Positions 45,481 through 55,153 of a stretch of 64,000 nucleotides of DNA are shown here, piece by piece. This DNA comes from a virus, in the IMG/VR virus record IMGVR_UViG_3300025141_012665, positions 1 through 64,000 of that record; one strand, given 5' to 3'. The position numbers and the translations under genes were made by a program. Within the stretch, counting starts at the first letter, position 1, and the number at the start of each line of letters is the position of its first letter. The notes under the pieces are model-generated. The model did not search any database and was not told where the DNA came from. It was given only the letters and a program-made list of their open reading frames with translations.

Positions 45481-46401
45481 TTATACGCCTCTTATATTAG
45501 GATAATTTAATATAACCCATTTGTAAGTTTTTGTCAAGGCCTTTCTCAAATCTGTGTAATTTTCTTGTCTCCAGCCAAGCTCGATGAGTCTAGAATTATC
45601 TGATGGTTTCCTGTGTTGCCCCGTTGGTTTCGATGTGTCCCAAAGTACTTTCCCATCAAAACCTATTATCTCCGCGATCATCTCGGCGACTTCTTTAATC
45701 GAATATTCTCGTGTATTTCCAACATTTATTGGATAGGACTCATCATAATGCTCTAACAAGAATATCAAGATGTCAGCCAAATCCTTTGAATAGGTGAACT
45801 CTCTAAGCGGAGAGCCATCGCCCCACAAGACAACATTTTCATTGTTTAGCTTCGCTTCGTGCATCTTTCTCATGATTGCCGGGATAACATGCGAATCTTC
45901 AAGATCAAAGTTGTCGTGTTCTCCAAAAAGATTATTAGGAATTGCCGTTGTAAAGTTGCAACCATATTGATCACCATAGGCCCTAGACTGAATATCCAGC
46001 ATTCTTTTAGCATATGCATATGCATAGTTACTATCATGAGGAGGTCCATTGTGAATCTGATCTTCAGTCAGTGGATAAATGGCTCTGTCTGGGTATACGC
46101 ATGTGCTCAACAAAGATATTACTTTTTTGGTGCCGACAGTGTGCGCAGCAGAAAGCACATTAGTGTTTATCTGAATATTTTCTAAGTAGAAGTCCGCCAA
46201 GTAATTAGAATTCGCGGCGATGCCACCAACTCTTGCCGCAAGGTGAATCACTTGATCGGGCTTGATATCCTTGAACATATTTTGTACACTATCAGCATTT
46301 CTCAAATCACAGTCTTTAGATGAAATATAATATGCGTCCGGAAGAGATGTTCTCATGGCGCGCCCAACCATCCCTGTGCCTCCAGTGACCAGAATGATCA
46401 T
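45481..46401 (-). CDS. fcl: GDP-L-fucose synthase (epimerase/reductase)
   Basis: GGTGMVG, LAARVGGI, LSTCVYP, YAYAKR, SHVIPA, WGDGSPLREF. Confidence 0.93.
   Translation of the reverse strand: MIILVTGGTGMVGRAMRTSLPDAYYISSKDCDLRNADSVQNMFKDIKPDQVIHLAARVGGIAANSNYLADFYLENIQINTNVLSAAHTVGTKKVISLLSTCVYPDRAIYPLTEDQIHNGPPHDSNYAYAYAKRMLDIQSRAYGDQYGCNFTTAIPNNLFGEHDNFDLEDSHVIPAIMRKMHEAKLNNENVVLWGDGSPLREFTYSKDLADILIFLLEHYDESYPINVGNTREYSIKEVAEMIAEIIGFDGKVLWDTSKPTGQHRKPSDNSRLIELGWRQENYTDLRKALTKTYKWVILNYPNIRGV
45509..45537 (-). promoter_or_regulatory. sigma70-type promoter TTGACA-17-TATATT
   Basis: -35 at 45537-45532, -10 at 45514-45509. Inside the fcl 3' end, about 28 nt before the start at 45480. Confidence 0.7.
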
Positions 46402-47102
46402 TCTACCCTCTCATATATACCTAAATATTTCTCATAAAGCTTCGGCCCTACTGTTTTCTTTATCAGAAACCTCATGTTGTCTATCTCATGTTTATTTAAG
46501 TCTTTGGAGTGATACCCAACATCACTATGATTACGATTTGAAGATAGCGCAAGCGAAGAAAAAGCGGCAGAAGGCGCGAGGCCCCTATAGGCATCAAGGC
46601 ACCGCTCTCTATGATAAGCTATATTCTGCATTAGATTGTCTAAATTATCATACATATGTTCCTTAGAAGGAATTTGTCCAGACAAACTATCTGATATGCT
46701 ATCGACGAACTCGATAAGCGACTCTAGCGTTCTTCTTGGGTATTGCACAAATTCCTCATAATAGACTACATGCCCGGGCTTTGAATCGCATAGCCTTTCA
46801 TGCAAAACTATCAGTTCCGCATACATTTTTAAGTTCTTATCCATCCAGACATTATCAGCCAATGAGGGCCGGGTTTTTGCATGGCTGCGAATACACTCAT
46901 TATAGTCTCTTAATAAAATAATATGATTATAGTCGTCTTTGGGCGCGGCGTGGAGGCCGTAATCGGCCACCTCATGCATGTGAAACAGCAAACCATCAGT
47001 GGCGCCAGTATTCCAAAATGCCTCTCTAGATTCAGCCTGTCGTTTGGATATATACTCAAAACAATACCTCAACCAGTTGCTTCCGCTGCGAGGATAGGAC
47101 AA
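46398..47102 (-). CDS. Sulfotransferase (Sulfotransfer_1-like); true start may lie further upstream
   Basis: SYPRSGSNWLR 5'-PSB loop, LLRD...S 3'-PB and YEE motif. Confidence 0.75.
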   Translation of the reverse strand: MSYPRSGSNWLRYCFEYISKRQAESREAFWNTGATDGLLFHMHEVADYGLHAAPKDDYNHIILLRDYNECIRSHAKTRPSLADNVWMDKNLKMYAELIVLHERLCDSKPGHVVYYEEFVQYPRRTLESLIEFVDSISDSLSGQIPSKEHMYDNLDNLMQNIAYHRERCLDAYRGLAPSAAFSSLALSSNRNHSDVGYHSKDLNKHEIDNMRFLIKKTVGPKLYEKYLGIYERVE

Positions 47103-47134
47103 TAAATATATGTTACTGGCGATGGGATGTGTTA

Positions 47135-47452
47135 TTATTCTTCTCTAAAAAAATCATCTGCGTTAATGTTCTTGTCGTCTATGAACAAGTCATAGTTTGG
47201 CTTTCCAAATTTCAACTCATGATATCTGACGCCCCATTCGGAAAACTGCTTCTCCGTCACCTCTCTCCAATCTATACCAGTTGTAGTCCCTCTTGCTGTC
47301 CAATAAACAATTGTGTGGCCGTCTTTATATAATTCATTGATTTTACTAATATTTTTCATAATTGGAATTCCTTTCGCATACTTCCGGGGTGCGGATGGAT
47401 TTGAATCTTCATGCTCACAAATGGTTTCATCAATGTCTATGTATATAATCAT
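47135..47452 (-). CDS. Small HAD-superfamily phosphatase (capsule-biosynthesis type)
   Basis: YIDIDETIC, WTARG, GKP.YDLFIDDK. Confidence 0.85.
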   Translation of the reverse strand: MIIYIDIDETICEHEDSNPSAPRKYAKGIPIMKNISKINELYKDGHTIVYWTARGTTTGIDWREVTEKQFSEWGVRYHELKFGKPNYDLFIDDKNINADDFFREE

Positions 47453-47459
47453 GCTTTTT

Positions 47460-49052
47460 TCAAGGGGCCGGCGGTTTTGATAATGCAGCAGTTTTTTTCT
47501 TTGCTAGTCTTCTCTTTTTTGAAGCTTCGCGCTTGGCCTCTTTGTAGCCATCGTATATATTCGCCAGACTATTGATGACGCCATCCCTTTTTGTCTCTTT
47601 AGTTTCATCTATTCTGCTGGCTGTACAATCGTCGATTTTCATGTCTGCTTTCTCATCAACAAGATCGGTAAATTTATAAAATATGTCAACCAGTTCCTGA
47701 TTATCAATTGTCGGAAGATTAATGACTGAATTTTGTCTCATTGTTATATTCTTGGCCATTCCTTTAAATCCGGGCTTGTCCCAGGTATCAATCCATCCCA
47801 TATCTTTTGCAACTTGATGCACAGGAGTGCCAATATAGGGTGCGACAAAATTGAGGTCAAAACTATCTGGACCTAATTCTTTCATAAACTCAATGCTTTC
47901 AAATATGTCCTCGACAGTCTCGCCAGGAAACCCTATCATTACATTAGCTGTTGTTCGGATTCCGTAGTCATGTATTAAGTTAACCCTTTCGAGAATATCA
48001 ACATTTCTCGTACTCTTTTTTAATATATTCTTTCTGAGGCTCTCACTACCTGTTTCGATGCCCAGTCCGATGCCGGCGCAGTTGGTCTCCTTCATTACCT
48101 TTATTCTTTCTTCATTAATGCTTGAAATTGTTGAGTTAATCCAATATGGGAGACCCACTTCACTGGACCATTTATCTGAGAATTCTTCGAGCCTTTCTCT
48201 CGGCATTGCAAGAAAATTATCATCAGCAAAAAATATAAGGTCGAAATTATGCTTATCATTCAGAGCCTTTATCTCGGCAATGGTGTTATCAATCGTCTTA
48301 AACCTCTTGTACTTTCCTGCATCTTTAAAAATATCTTGATATATAACATTTACACAATAAGAACATCGAAGCATGCACCCTCTCGAAGTTTCGAAAGGGC
48401 CGGCACGACGATTGACACCATCATATGGTTTTACATAATGTTTTTCATCCCAGATATCAAAATTTTGTATAGGCAGGGTATTCATATCAAGGAGAGGCCG
48501 GATCGGATTTGACTTGATACGGCCGCCTTTTGTGTACCATAAATTAGGAATATTATCTACTGGCTCTCCTTTGCCATATATCTCACAGAAATCCTTTATT
48601 GCGCCCTCTCCTTCCCCTTGGATTATATAATCTATATTCGGATTTGCCATGAGAATATGAGGCGCCACTGTCGGCGTTGTTCCGCCACAAAGAATAGGAG
48701 CAGATGTATAAAATGTTTTTATATAACCCATCAACTCATCTGCAAATTCATAATTGTCTTCGACAATACTTAAGCAAATCAGATCTGGTTGGAACCTCAT
48801 TATTCTTTCTTTTAATAATTCTCTAATCTCTTTTGTACCAAAGCCATCAGTATATAAGTGAGACAAGTCAGTTGGCGTGCAGAGGCCGGCCTTGTTTCGA
48901 ACATCATTATCTTTATTTCCTGTCGACATAAATGTCGTATCAAACAACTCCATGTCGTGGCCTTCATCCATCAAGATGGTGGAAATAATGGCCAGACCAG
49001 TAGGTATTCTACCATAGCCCTCTATATTTGGATATATAACAAAAACTTTCAT
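47460..49052 (-). CDS. Cobalamin-binding radical SAM enzyme (class B methyltransferase-like)
   Basis: N-terminal B12-binding domain (P.GLA.I, GGTTPT, GEGE), ETSRGCMLRCSYC, FADDNF, GIETGS, IGFPGET. Confidence 0.9.
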   Translation of the reverse strand: MKVFVIYPNIEGYGRIPTGLAIISTILMDEGHDMELFDTTFMSTGNKDNDVRNKAGLCTPTDLSHLYTDGFGTKEIRELLKERIMRFQPDLICLSIVEDNYEFADELMGYIKTFYTSAPILCGGTTPTVAPHILMANPNIDYIIQGEGEGAIKDFCEIYGKGEPVDNIPNLWYTKGGRIKSNPIRPLLDMNTLPIQNFDIWDEKHYVKPYDGVNRRAGPFETSRGCMLRCSYCVNVIYQDIFKDAGKYKRFKTIDNTIAEIKALNDKHNFDLIFFADDNFLAMPRERLEEFSDKWSSEVGLPYWINSTISSINEERIKVMKETNCAGIGLGIETGSESLRKNILKKSTRNVDILERVNLIHDYGIRTTANVMIGFPGETVEDIFESIEFMKELGPDSFDLNFVAPYIGTPVHQVAKDMGWIDTWDKPGFKGMAKNITMRQNSVINLPTIDNQELVDIFYKFTDLVDEKADMKIDDCTASRIDETKETKRDGVINSLANIYDGYKEAKREASKKRRLAKKKTAALSKPPAP

Positions 49053-49053
49053 T

Positions 49054-49908
49054 TTAAACTTTCCTCCTGAGTTTCTTTCTGATGGGTGCCTCTGATTGGG
49101 TCACAATCTTGTTGGCGTCACCCATCATCACATTAATTCTATCACACCTCTTTCTCAACATATGCATGGCGTGAACCTCTAAGCTAGCAGATTGATCTGT
49201 TCCCCACATATCATGAGATAGAGTTATGTGTCTTTCTATAACTTGGGCCCCTAGCGCCACTGCAACCACTGTTGGTTGCAGATCGCTTTCGTGGCCAGAG
49301 TACCCAACTACACACCCATATCTTTCCTTAATCATTGGAATCAGATTTAAGTTTAACTCTTCAAGAGGAGTTGGATAGCTTGAGTTCGTATGCATCAATA
49401 CAGGCTTGTGATGTCCTTGCAATAATAGATCTACGGCATGATCGACCTCTTCCAGAGTCGACATTCCAGTCGAAGCGATGACCGGAACCCCAGATTTAAC
49501 TACCTCTTTCAGCAACTCATCGTCCGTCAACATGGCTGAGGGGATCTTTATAAACGGAGACCCTCTTTCCAATAGGAAATTTAGGCTATCGATATCCCAC
49601 GCAGACGCAGACCAATCAATAGGTTTCTCTGATGCATATTCGGAAATATATTTATAATCGGGGCCGGAGAGTTCTATCCTGTGTTTATACTCTATGTATG
49701 TCATCTCGCCCCACGGAGTCTTTCTCATGATTCCTTTCTGGTGTTCTGGTACACAGACATCCGGGTTTCTTTTTTGAAATTTAGCGCAGTCCCATCCACA
49801 CGCGTGCACGGCATCCATCAGCTTCTTGGCCACCTGCAAATCTCCGTTATGATTGATCCCAATTTCTCCTATAAAATAGGGGACTTTTAAGTTCTCAAAA
49901 TCTACCAT
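49054..49908 (-). CDS. neuB: N-acetylneuraminate/nonulosonate synthase family (short form, no C-terminal SAF/AFL domain)
   Basis: IGEIGINHNGD, KFQKR, KIPSA, STGM, GYSGHE, IERHITL, DQSASLE. Start set at 49908 from GGAGG spacing. Confidence 0.9.
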   Translation of the reverse strand: MVDFENLKVPYFIGEIGINHNGDLQVAKKLMDAVHACGWDCAKFQKRNPDVCVPEHQKGIMRKTPWGEMTYIEYKHRIELSGPDYKYISEYASEKPIDWSASAWDIDSLNFLLERGSPFIKIPSAMLTDDELLKEVVKSGVPVIASTGMSTLEEVDHAVDLLLQGHHKPVLMHTNSSYPTPLEELNLNLIPMIKERYGCVVGYSGHESDLQPTVVAVALGAQVIERHITLSHDMWGTDQSASLEVHAMHMLRKRCDRINVMMGDANKIVTQSEAPIRKKLRRKV

Positions 49909-50579
49909 GAGGTCCATCCTCCATCTATCTTAAATTCGGCGCCCGTGGCATACGAAGACTTGTCTGATATAAGATATTCAACTATTCCATTTATTTCTTC
50001 TGCTTTCATCATTCTTCCGATAGGAGTATAGAAGGAATATTTATCTTTAAATTCTGACGATTGGTTGTGTCCTACTCCGCCTGGCACTATGGTATTTACT
50101 CTAATATTTGGCGCCAGATGGGTTGCCAAGTGTTTTGAAAGCATCAATACGCCGGCTTTTGATACGCTATATCCTATATGTTTTTCACCATTATAAATAT
50201 TCTTGTTGGGCGACACAATACCATATGTAGAAGAAAAGTTAACTATACTGCCGCCTTTCGTATTGTATCTCGCAAACTCTCTACAAACAGAAAAGAGAGA
50301 AACTAAATTAACTTTCATATATAATTCAAAAGATTCTAGGCTTATATCCATTAGCGTTGCTTCAGAATTTCCACCTTCTATGTGATGATTCAATGCAAAC
50401 AAGTTAATCAGTGCATCCGCAGGATTATATCTAAAAAATTCCCCAACAAACTCCTCGTTCGTCAAATCGTGGCCCAATTGTAAATCACAGCGAATAATTT
50501 CATTCCCAGCCGACTCCAAGTATCTTGCAATCTCTGTACCTATTAATCCCTCTGAGCCTGTGATGATTATCTTTTTCAT
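49902..50579 (-). CDS. Short-chain dehydrogenase/reductase, PtmA/FlmA-like
   Basis: TGSEGLIG, SSTYG, YSVSK, IRVNTIVPGG...Q...F...Y, DGGW. Confidence 0.85.
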   Translation of the reverse strand: MKKIIITGSEGLIGTEIARYLESAGNEIIRCDLQLGHDLTNEEFVGEFFRYNPADALINLFALNHHIEGGNSEATLMDISLESFELYMKVNLVSLFSVCREFARYNTKGGSIVNFSSTYGIVSPNKNIYNGEKHIGYSVSKAGVLMLSKHLATHLAPNIRVNTIVPGGVGHNQSSEFKDKYSFYTPIGRMMKAEEINGIVEYLISDKSSYATGAEFKIDGGWTSW

Positions 50580-51802
50580 GGTGTCGTCTTGTTTTTGAAA
50601 TTTAATATTGTCTTTCGCAGAGCCTCTGCTTTGACCTTTGCCAAGCTCAGGTCGCGATAGTTATTCTTAAACTGCATTATCTTTGATTGAACTTCTTCGG
50701 CGATTGGGCATATGCCCTTCTCATATCTGATTTTTTCATAGATGCTCGGATTAACCTTTACAAAATTTCTTTCAGACATAACGGGCTCAAGGTATGGAAC
50801 GCTCCATGCTGCATAAATTCCATCTCCACCGTTCTTTATATATTCTTTTCGAAACTCTTGCCAGCTAACTCCTATTGACTTTTCTCCTTCGTACTTTACA
50901 GCAAAAGTCCAACAAGAATTAGTTCTATCGTCTCCGGTTTTCTGAGGTCTCAGATAATCACATCCTGTTTCCGTTATAACATTCGAGAACAACTTCGAGG
51001 CTTTAACTCGAAGCTGTATCAGGTTTTCAAGATTTTCAAGTTGCGCGGAGGCAATGGCAGCGCTGAATTCTGACATCCTATAATTCCAGCCGATCTCGTC
51101 ATGTCTCTTATATTCAGGATCCTGAAAGTCATCAAGATTAAGTTTTGTTCTGCCTGTGGTGGCGGTTGAATTTTTAAATCCATGATTGCTTATTTTTCTT
51201 GCAATTGCCGCGTAATGCTCATTGTTTGTAGTAATGGCGCCGCCTTCACCGCAAGACATATGTTTAGAATTTTCAAAACTATAGCTTGCCAGCGCGCCGA
51301 ATGTCCCGACTAGTCTTCCCCTATATTCACTCATGAAACATTCGGCATTGTCTTCGATTACAGGAATATTATGCTCATTTGCTATTTCCATAATTTCGTC
51401 CATATCACACGGCAAACCATATAGGGGCACCACTATGATTGCCTTTGTCTTGGAAGTTATTTTTCTTTTCAAATCTGCCGGATCAATATTAAATGTCTCT
51501 GGATCTATGTCAGCATATACAGGTATGGCGCCTGCATGTATTGTAGCGCTCGTGTCCATTATTACAGTAAGTGCGGGGGATATAACCTCATCTCCGGGCT
51601 TCACCCCGACTGCTACCAATGCCGCATGCAGAGTTGATGTTCCGGAATTCATAGTAACTGCATACTCTGATCTAAACTTTTTACAAATTGATTCCTCTAG
51701 AAGCTGATTCCAGGTACCAGAAGTAGAAGACCAGTGCTCAGACTCTAGTACTTTCTTTAAATATTCAAGCTCGTTTCCAAAGTATTTGGGGGGATTTTTC
51801 AT
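50576..51802 (-). CDS. DegT/DnrJ/EryC1/StrS PLP-dependent sugar aminotransferase
   Basis: NSGTSTLH, IEDNAE, SFENSKHMSCGEGG, GWNYRM. Start set at ATG 51802 (AGGAG RBS, ATGA overlap). Confidence 0.92.
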   Translation of the reverse strand: MKNPPKYFGNELEYLKKVLESEHWSSTSGTWNQLLEESICKKFRSEYAVTMNSGTSTLHAALVAVGVKPGDEVISPALTVIMDTSATIHAGAIPVYADIDPETFNIDPADLKRKITSKTKAIIVVPLYGLPCDMDEIMEIANEHNIPVIEDNAECFMSEYRGRLVGTFGALASYSFENSKHMSCGEGGAITTNNEHYAAIARKISNHGFKNSTATTGRTKLNLDDFQDPEYKRHDEIGWNYRMSEFSAAIASAQLENLENLIQLRVKASKLFSNVITETGCDYLRPQKTGDDRTNSCWTFAVKYEGEKSIGVSWQEFRKEYIKNGGDGIYAAWSVPYLEPVMSERNFVKVNPSIYEKIRYEKGICPIAEEVQSKIMQFKNNYRDLSLAKVKAEALRKTILNFKNKTTP

Positions 51803-52542
51803 GCCGACTCCTTTTCGAAATACAAAAAGCCCCAAGGAAGATGCAACACATCCGTAAACATCAGTCTCTTGTTAGAGTCGCTTTGTATTGTGTATGTGCC
51901 CCTACCATCATGAACATTGGAGAGATCAATATCAATTTCAAATTTTCTCTTAAACTTTATATGAAATCCATACCGGGATGCAATATGTTCCATTTTCTTG
52001 ATCGAGTGTATATTATACGGATATGCCTTATTGTAGCGTTCATCTCGAATTGTTATGTCATATTCAAGCGCCCTATTGGTAAAAAGAGAAAACATAAAGA
52101 CCCCCTTCTTTGCGTTTTGAAAACACTTCTCACAAAAACTTTCGCCTTTATCAAAATCTAAAAAAGAAAGCACCTGTGTTGAGCCGACTATATCATATTT
52201 TTCATTAAGATCTAAAACATTTAAATGTTTAAATGTCGTATTTTTTACTTCAAAATGACTATGTGCTTTTCTTGCTTCCTCTAAGTAATGCTTATTTATA
52301 TCAATGCCCACAAAACTGAAAGATGGATACTGATTGGCCAAGTACATAAGGTTGGCGCCGGCGGAGCACCCTACATCAAGGACACTTAAGCTTAGATTTT
52401 TTTCATCACCCAAAGATTCATCCAAACAATCAATAATAAATTTAGTGCTTCGATACATTTCATTATATTGGCGAGCATTGTAGAGATCCATCCCCTTGCA
52501 TTGGGATCCCCACACAGCATTTGAGCCTCTAATCATGTCCAT
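51799..52542 (-). CDS. Class I SAM-dependent methyltransferase
   Basis: VLDVGCSAG, VGIDIN, YDIV motifs. Confidence 0.85.
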   Translation of the reverse strand: MDMIRGSNAVWGSQCKGMDLYNARQYNEMYRSTKFIIDCLDESLGDEKNLSLSVLDVGCSAGANLMYLANQYPSFSFVGIDINKHYLEEARKAHSHFEVKNTTFKHLNVLDLNEKYDIVGSTQVLSFLDFDKGESFCEKCFQNAKKGVFMFSLFTNRALEYDITIRDERYNKAYPYNIHSIKKMEHIASRYGFHIKFKRKFEIDIDLSNVHDGRGTYTIQSDSNKRLMFTDVLHLPWGFLYFEKESA

Positions 52543-53302
52543 TTTTCGCCTCTTTAAGTTTAAGCTCGGTTTTGGAAATTTGATTATTTTTCCACCTTTC
52601 TTCTAGATAAAAATTAATATTAACCAATTCTTTGTTTTTGTCTAAGAATGTCAATATGTCTCGTGTATCAAATGCAGGGAGATCTATTTGTTCGACAACC
52701 TTTGAGAAGAAGTTAAAATCATCTTTATAGTCTAGTGTCATACGAATATCACTTCTCCGATAGGCGGCAGGAATATTTTTAAGCAAAGAAAGCTCAAACA
52801 ACCCGGTCTCTGTAAAATATACATACATCATTTCGGTGTCGTTGGTATCTTTTATTTCGCACACCTTTCTTAGTGCAGTGGTTTTTATACCATATGTAAA
52901 TGAACCACACACCACTTCATTACTGTGTATGAAATCGCATTGTTCATCATCAAACTGCTTAAACGCCACATCCATTAATTCATGGGAACAAAACAGATCA
53001 TCGCCATCAGCAGTTACAAAAAACTCTATATTATAACGATCACATGTGTCGAGCCAGCGCTGTAGCTTGTCTTCTTCGCTTCCCCTAAAAAAAGCAATAT
53101 TATTATTTGTTGCTATTTCGCACAACATATCATCCTCTGTCAATTTAGTCGTGCATAAAATGATCATATCGGCTAAATTAGATTTTTTGGCTTGATCGAT
53201 AACATACTCAATGGTGTGCTTTCCTTTAATCTTTTTATAGGACTTATTGGGCAACCTAGAAGAGTTGCTTCTAACTGTTATTAAAATTGCTTTTTTGCCC
53301 AC
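52529..53302 (-). CDS. Nonulosonate cytidylyltransferase family (SpsF/NeuA-like)
   Basis: RSNSSRLPNK, RGSEEDKLQR, ADGDD, RMTLDYKDD. Confidence 0.85.
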   Translation of the reverse strand: MGKKAILITVRSNSSRLPNKSYKKIKGKHTIEYVIDQAKKSNLADMIILCTTKLTEDDMLCEIATNNNIAFFRGSEEDKLQRWLDTCDRYNIEFFVTADGDDLFCSHELMDVAFKQFDDEQCDFIHSNEVVCGSFTYGIKTTALRKVCEIKDTNDTEMMYVYFTETGLFELSLLKNIPAAYRRSDIRMTLDYKDDFNFFSKVVEQIDLPAFDTRDILTFLDKNKELVNINFYLEERWKNNQISKTELKLKEAKNGHD

Positions 53303-53326
53303 TTGAACTCACTTTGAATATTAATT

Positions 53327-53355
53327 ATTATAACCTATTTTGCATCAACTGTCAA
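53327..53355 (-). promoter_or_regulatory. Perfect sigma70 consensus promoter TTGACA-17-TATAAT
   Basis: -35 at 53355-53350, -10 at 53332-53327, about 25 nt before the start at 53302. Confidence 0.82.
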
Positions 53356-54198
53356 ATTATAAGGCAGATTATTCTTCTTAAAAGATAGATTATGTACCCG
53401 CACCCCTCGCGAGGAAGCAAGGGTGCACAAGTATTTTAAGTCTCCCAAAATCTGGACTCTTTCTCGTGGATCATCTAAAGCGTCCATCGGTTTAAACTTC
53501 CCATCAATCCTTCCTTCACCCATAGTGGCTTCACCCACCATGAAGCGTTCATCATTATATCCAGCATGGGTCATGCCCGTAGCCTGTAGCGACTTATTGT
53601 ATGACAAATCAAAACCAGTAACGCTAATGGGGTTACACCCCAGCCACAAAGCAAAGGCAATCATATGATTTGTTACAGTATTGCAACGAGAATAAGTCTT
53701 TCGCAATCCATGGTCTTGTGCTAATAAATTTTGAAATATCTGGTGTTCCCAGAGCCATGGATAGACCATGTTCATCTTTTCGTCTTCCCTTGCAATCTCT
53801 AAAAGATCTGAGAACTCGTGCAGTCTTGGTATCGTAACAAATGTTCTTATGTTTTTTTCCAGACATATCTTAAATGGCTCTTTGAGATCTTTAATATTGT
53901 TTGCTGCGCACCAGAAGTCTGGCTTAAAATCATCAAAGAAATTAATTTTATGAAACCAATTACATGTAATTTTTAAATGTGATTTATATTTTTCTTTATC
54001 AATATCTAAAAGGCTCGGGCCATGGCCCATTACCAAAGCCGGCTTGTTCAAGAAGCTGTCTTTTAGGTCACAAATCTTATCGAATCCCTCAAGCAAGTCC
54101 TTCTTAAAATTTTTCTTATCTTCGTCTCCCAGTATCTGCGCATTAGGCAGCCTAGTTGAATTATAGTTAGTGGCTGTATATTCTCTCAAATCTATCAT
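53335..54198 (-). CDS. Maf/DUF115 (MptE-like) domain protein; candidate nonulosonate glycosyltransferase
   Basis: PALVMGHGPSL, ITCN, PDFW, ALWLGCNPISVTGFDL, which matches the Maf/DUF115 and CstII-like pattern. Start set at 54198 (MIDLREY). Confidence 0.7.
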   Translation of the reverse strand: MIDLREYTATNYNSTRLPNAQILGDEDKKNFKKDLLEGFDKICDLKDSFLNKPALVMGHGPSLLDIDKEKYKSHLKITCNWFHKINFFDDFKPDFWCAANNIKDLKEPFKICLEKNIRTFVTIPRLHEFSDLLEIAREDEKMNMVYPWLWEHQIFQNLLAQDHGLRKTYSRCNTVTNHMIAFALWLGCNPISVTGFDLSYNKSLQATGMTHAGYNDERFMVGEATMGEGRIDGKFKPMDALDDPRERVQILGDLKYLCTLASSRGVRVHNLSFKKNNLPYNLTVDAK

Positions 54199-54202
54199 AT
54201 TT

Positions 54203-55153
54203 TCACCAAATAAAGTTTTGTTTGTAGTGTTTAACGATGTTGACAATTTCTTCATTAAACTTCTTTTTAGGCTCCCAACCTAGGCTCCGGAGCTTTCTAT
54301 CGTTTAGTGCGTATCGGACATCTTGCCCTTCGCGGTAGGCATTAAAATCAACATATTGCTCCCAGTTGTCGTCTGTTCCAAAATATGCCTTAATAATCTT
54401 CCTCACGGTTTCAGAATTCGGCTGCTCAAAGCCGCCGGCAACATTATAGATTTCATTAACATTACCAGACTCAATAACAGTCAAAACCGCTTCGGCTGTA
54501 TCGTCTGCATGCAACCAATTGCGAATTGGCTTTCCTTCGTCATGAAGTTTAATCTTCTTTCCTCTAGTAAGGTTTTTCACGGCAAGTGGTATAAGTTTTT
54601 CTGGATATTGTCCTATTCCATAATTATTTGTTGGTCTTAACATAATATATTCAACACCATAAGTTCGTGACCATGCATTGATCAGCATATCGCCGGCCGC
54701 TTTTGCTGCGGAATATGGGTTACTTGGCTTCAAGACATCGGCCTCTGAGTGTGCTCCAATCTCGATATCGCCATAAACCTCGTCGGTACTAATATGAATC
54801 AAAATTGGTTTATCATTAATGTTGGTAGGCTTATGCCTTATTAAATCCAGAAGGTTTTTTACACCCAGTATGTTGCTGTTGATGAAGTCGCCGCTGTTTA
54901 TTATACTATTCCCAACATGAGATTCTGCCGCGAAATTAACAATGTAATCGCAGTCATATAAGTGTTCAATGTCTTTAATATCTATCTTTTTAAAACAAAA
55001 ATTTGGATAGGCCTGAAACTCTTCTAACAAGGAAATGTCTGCTGCATATGTACACTTATCTACGCCATAAACTTTCCAACCTCGCTCCAAGCATTTTCTC
55101 GTAAAATAAGAACCTATGAAGCCTAGGCATCCCGTAACATAAACCAATTTCAT
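54203..55153 (-). CDS. rfbB: dTDP-glucose 4,6-dehydratase
   Basis: TGCLGFIGS, FAAESHV, HISTDEVYG, PYSAAKA, NNYG..QYPEKLIP, RNWL. Confidence 0.9.
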   Translation of the reverse strand: MKLVYVTGCLGFIGSYFTRKCLERGWKVYGVDKCTYAADISLLEEFQAYPNFCFKKIDIKDIEHLYDCDYIVNFAAESHVGNSIINSGDFINSNILGVKNLLDLIRHKPTNINDKPILIHISTDEVYGDIEIGAHSEADVLKPSNPYSAAKAAGDMLINAWSRTYGVEYIMLRPTNNYGIGQYPEKLIPLAVKNLTRGKKIKLHDEGKPIRNWLHADDTAEAVLTVIESGNVNEIYNVAGGFEQPNSETVRKIIKAYFGTDDNWEQYVDFNAYREGQDVRYALNDRKLRSLGWEPKKKFNEEIVNIVKHYKQNFIW

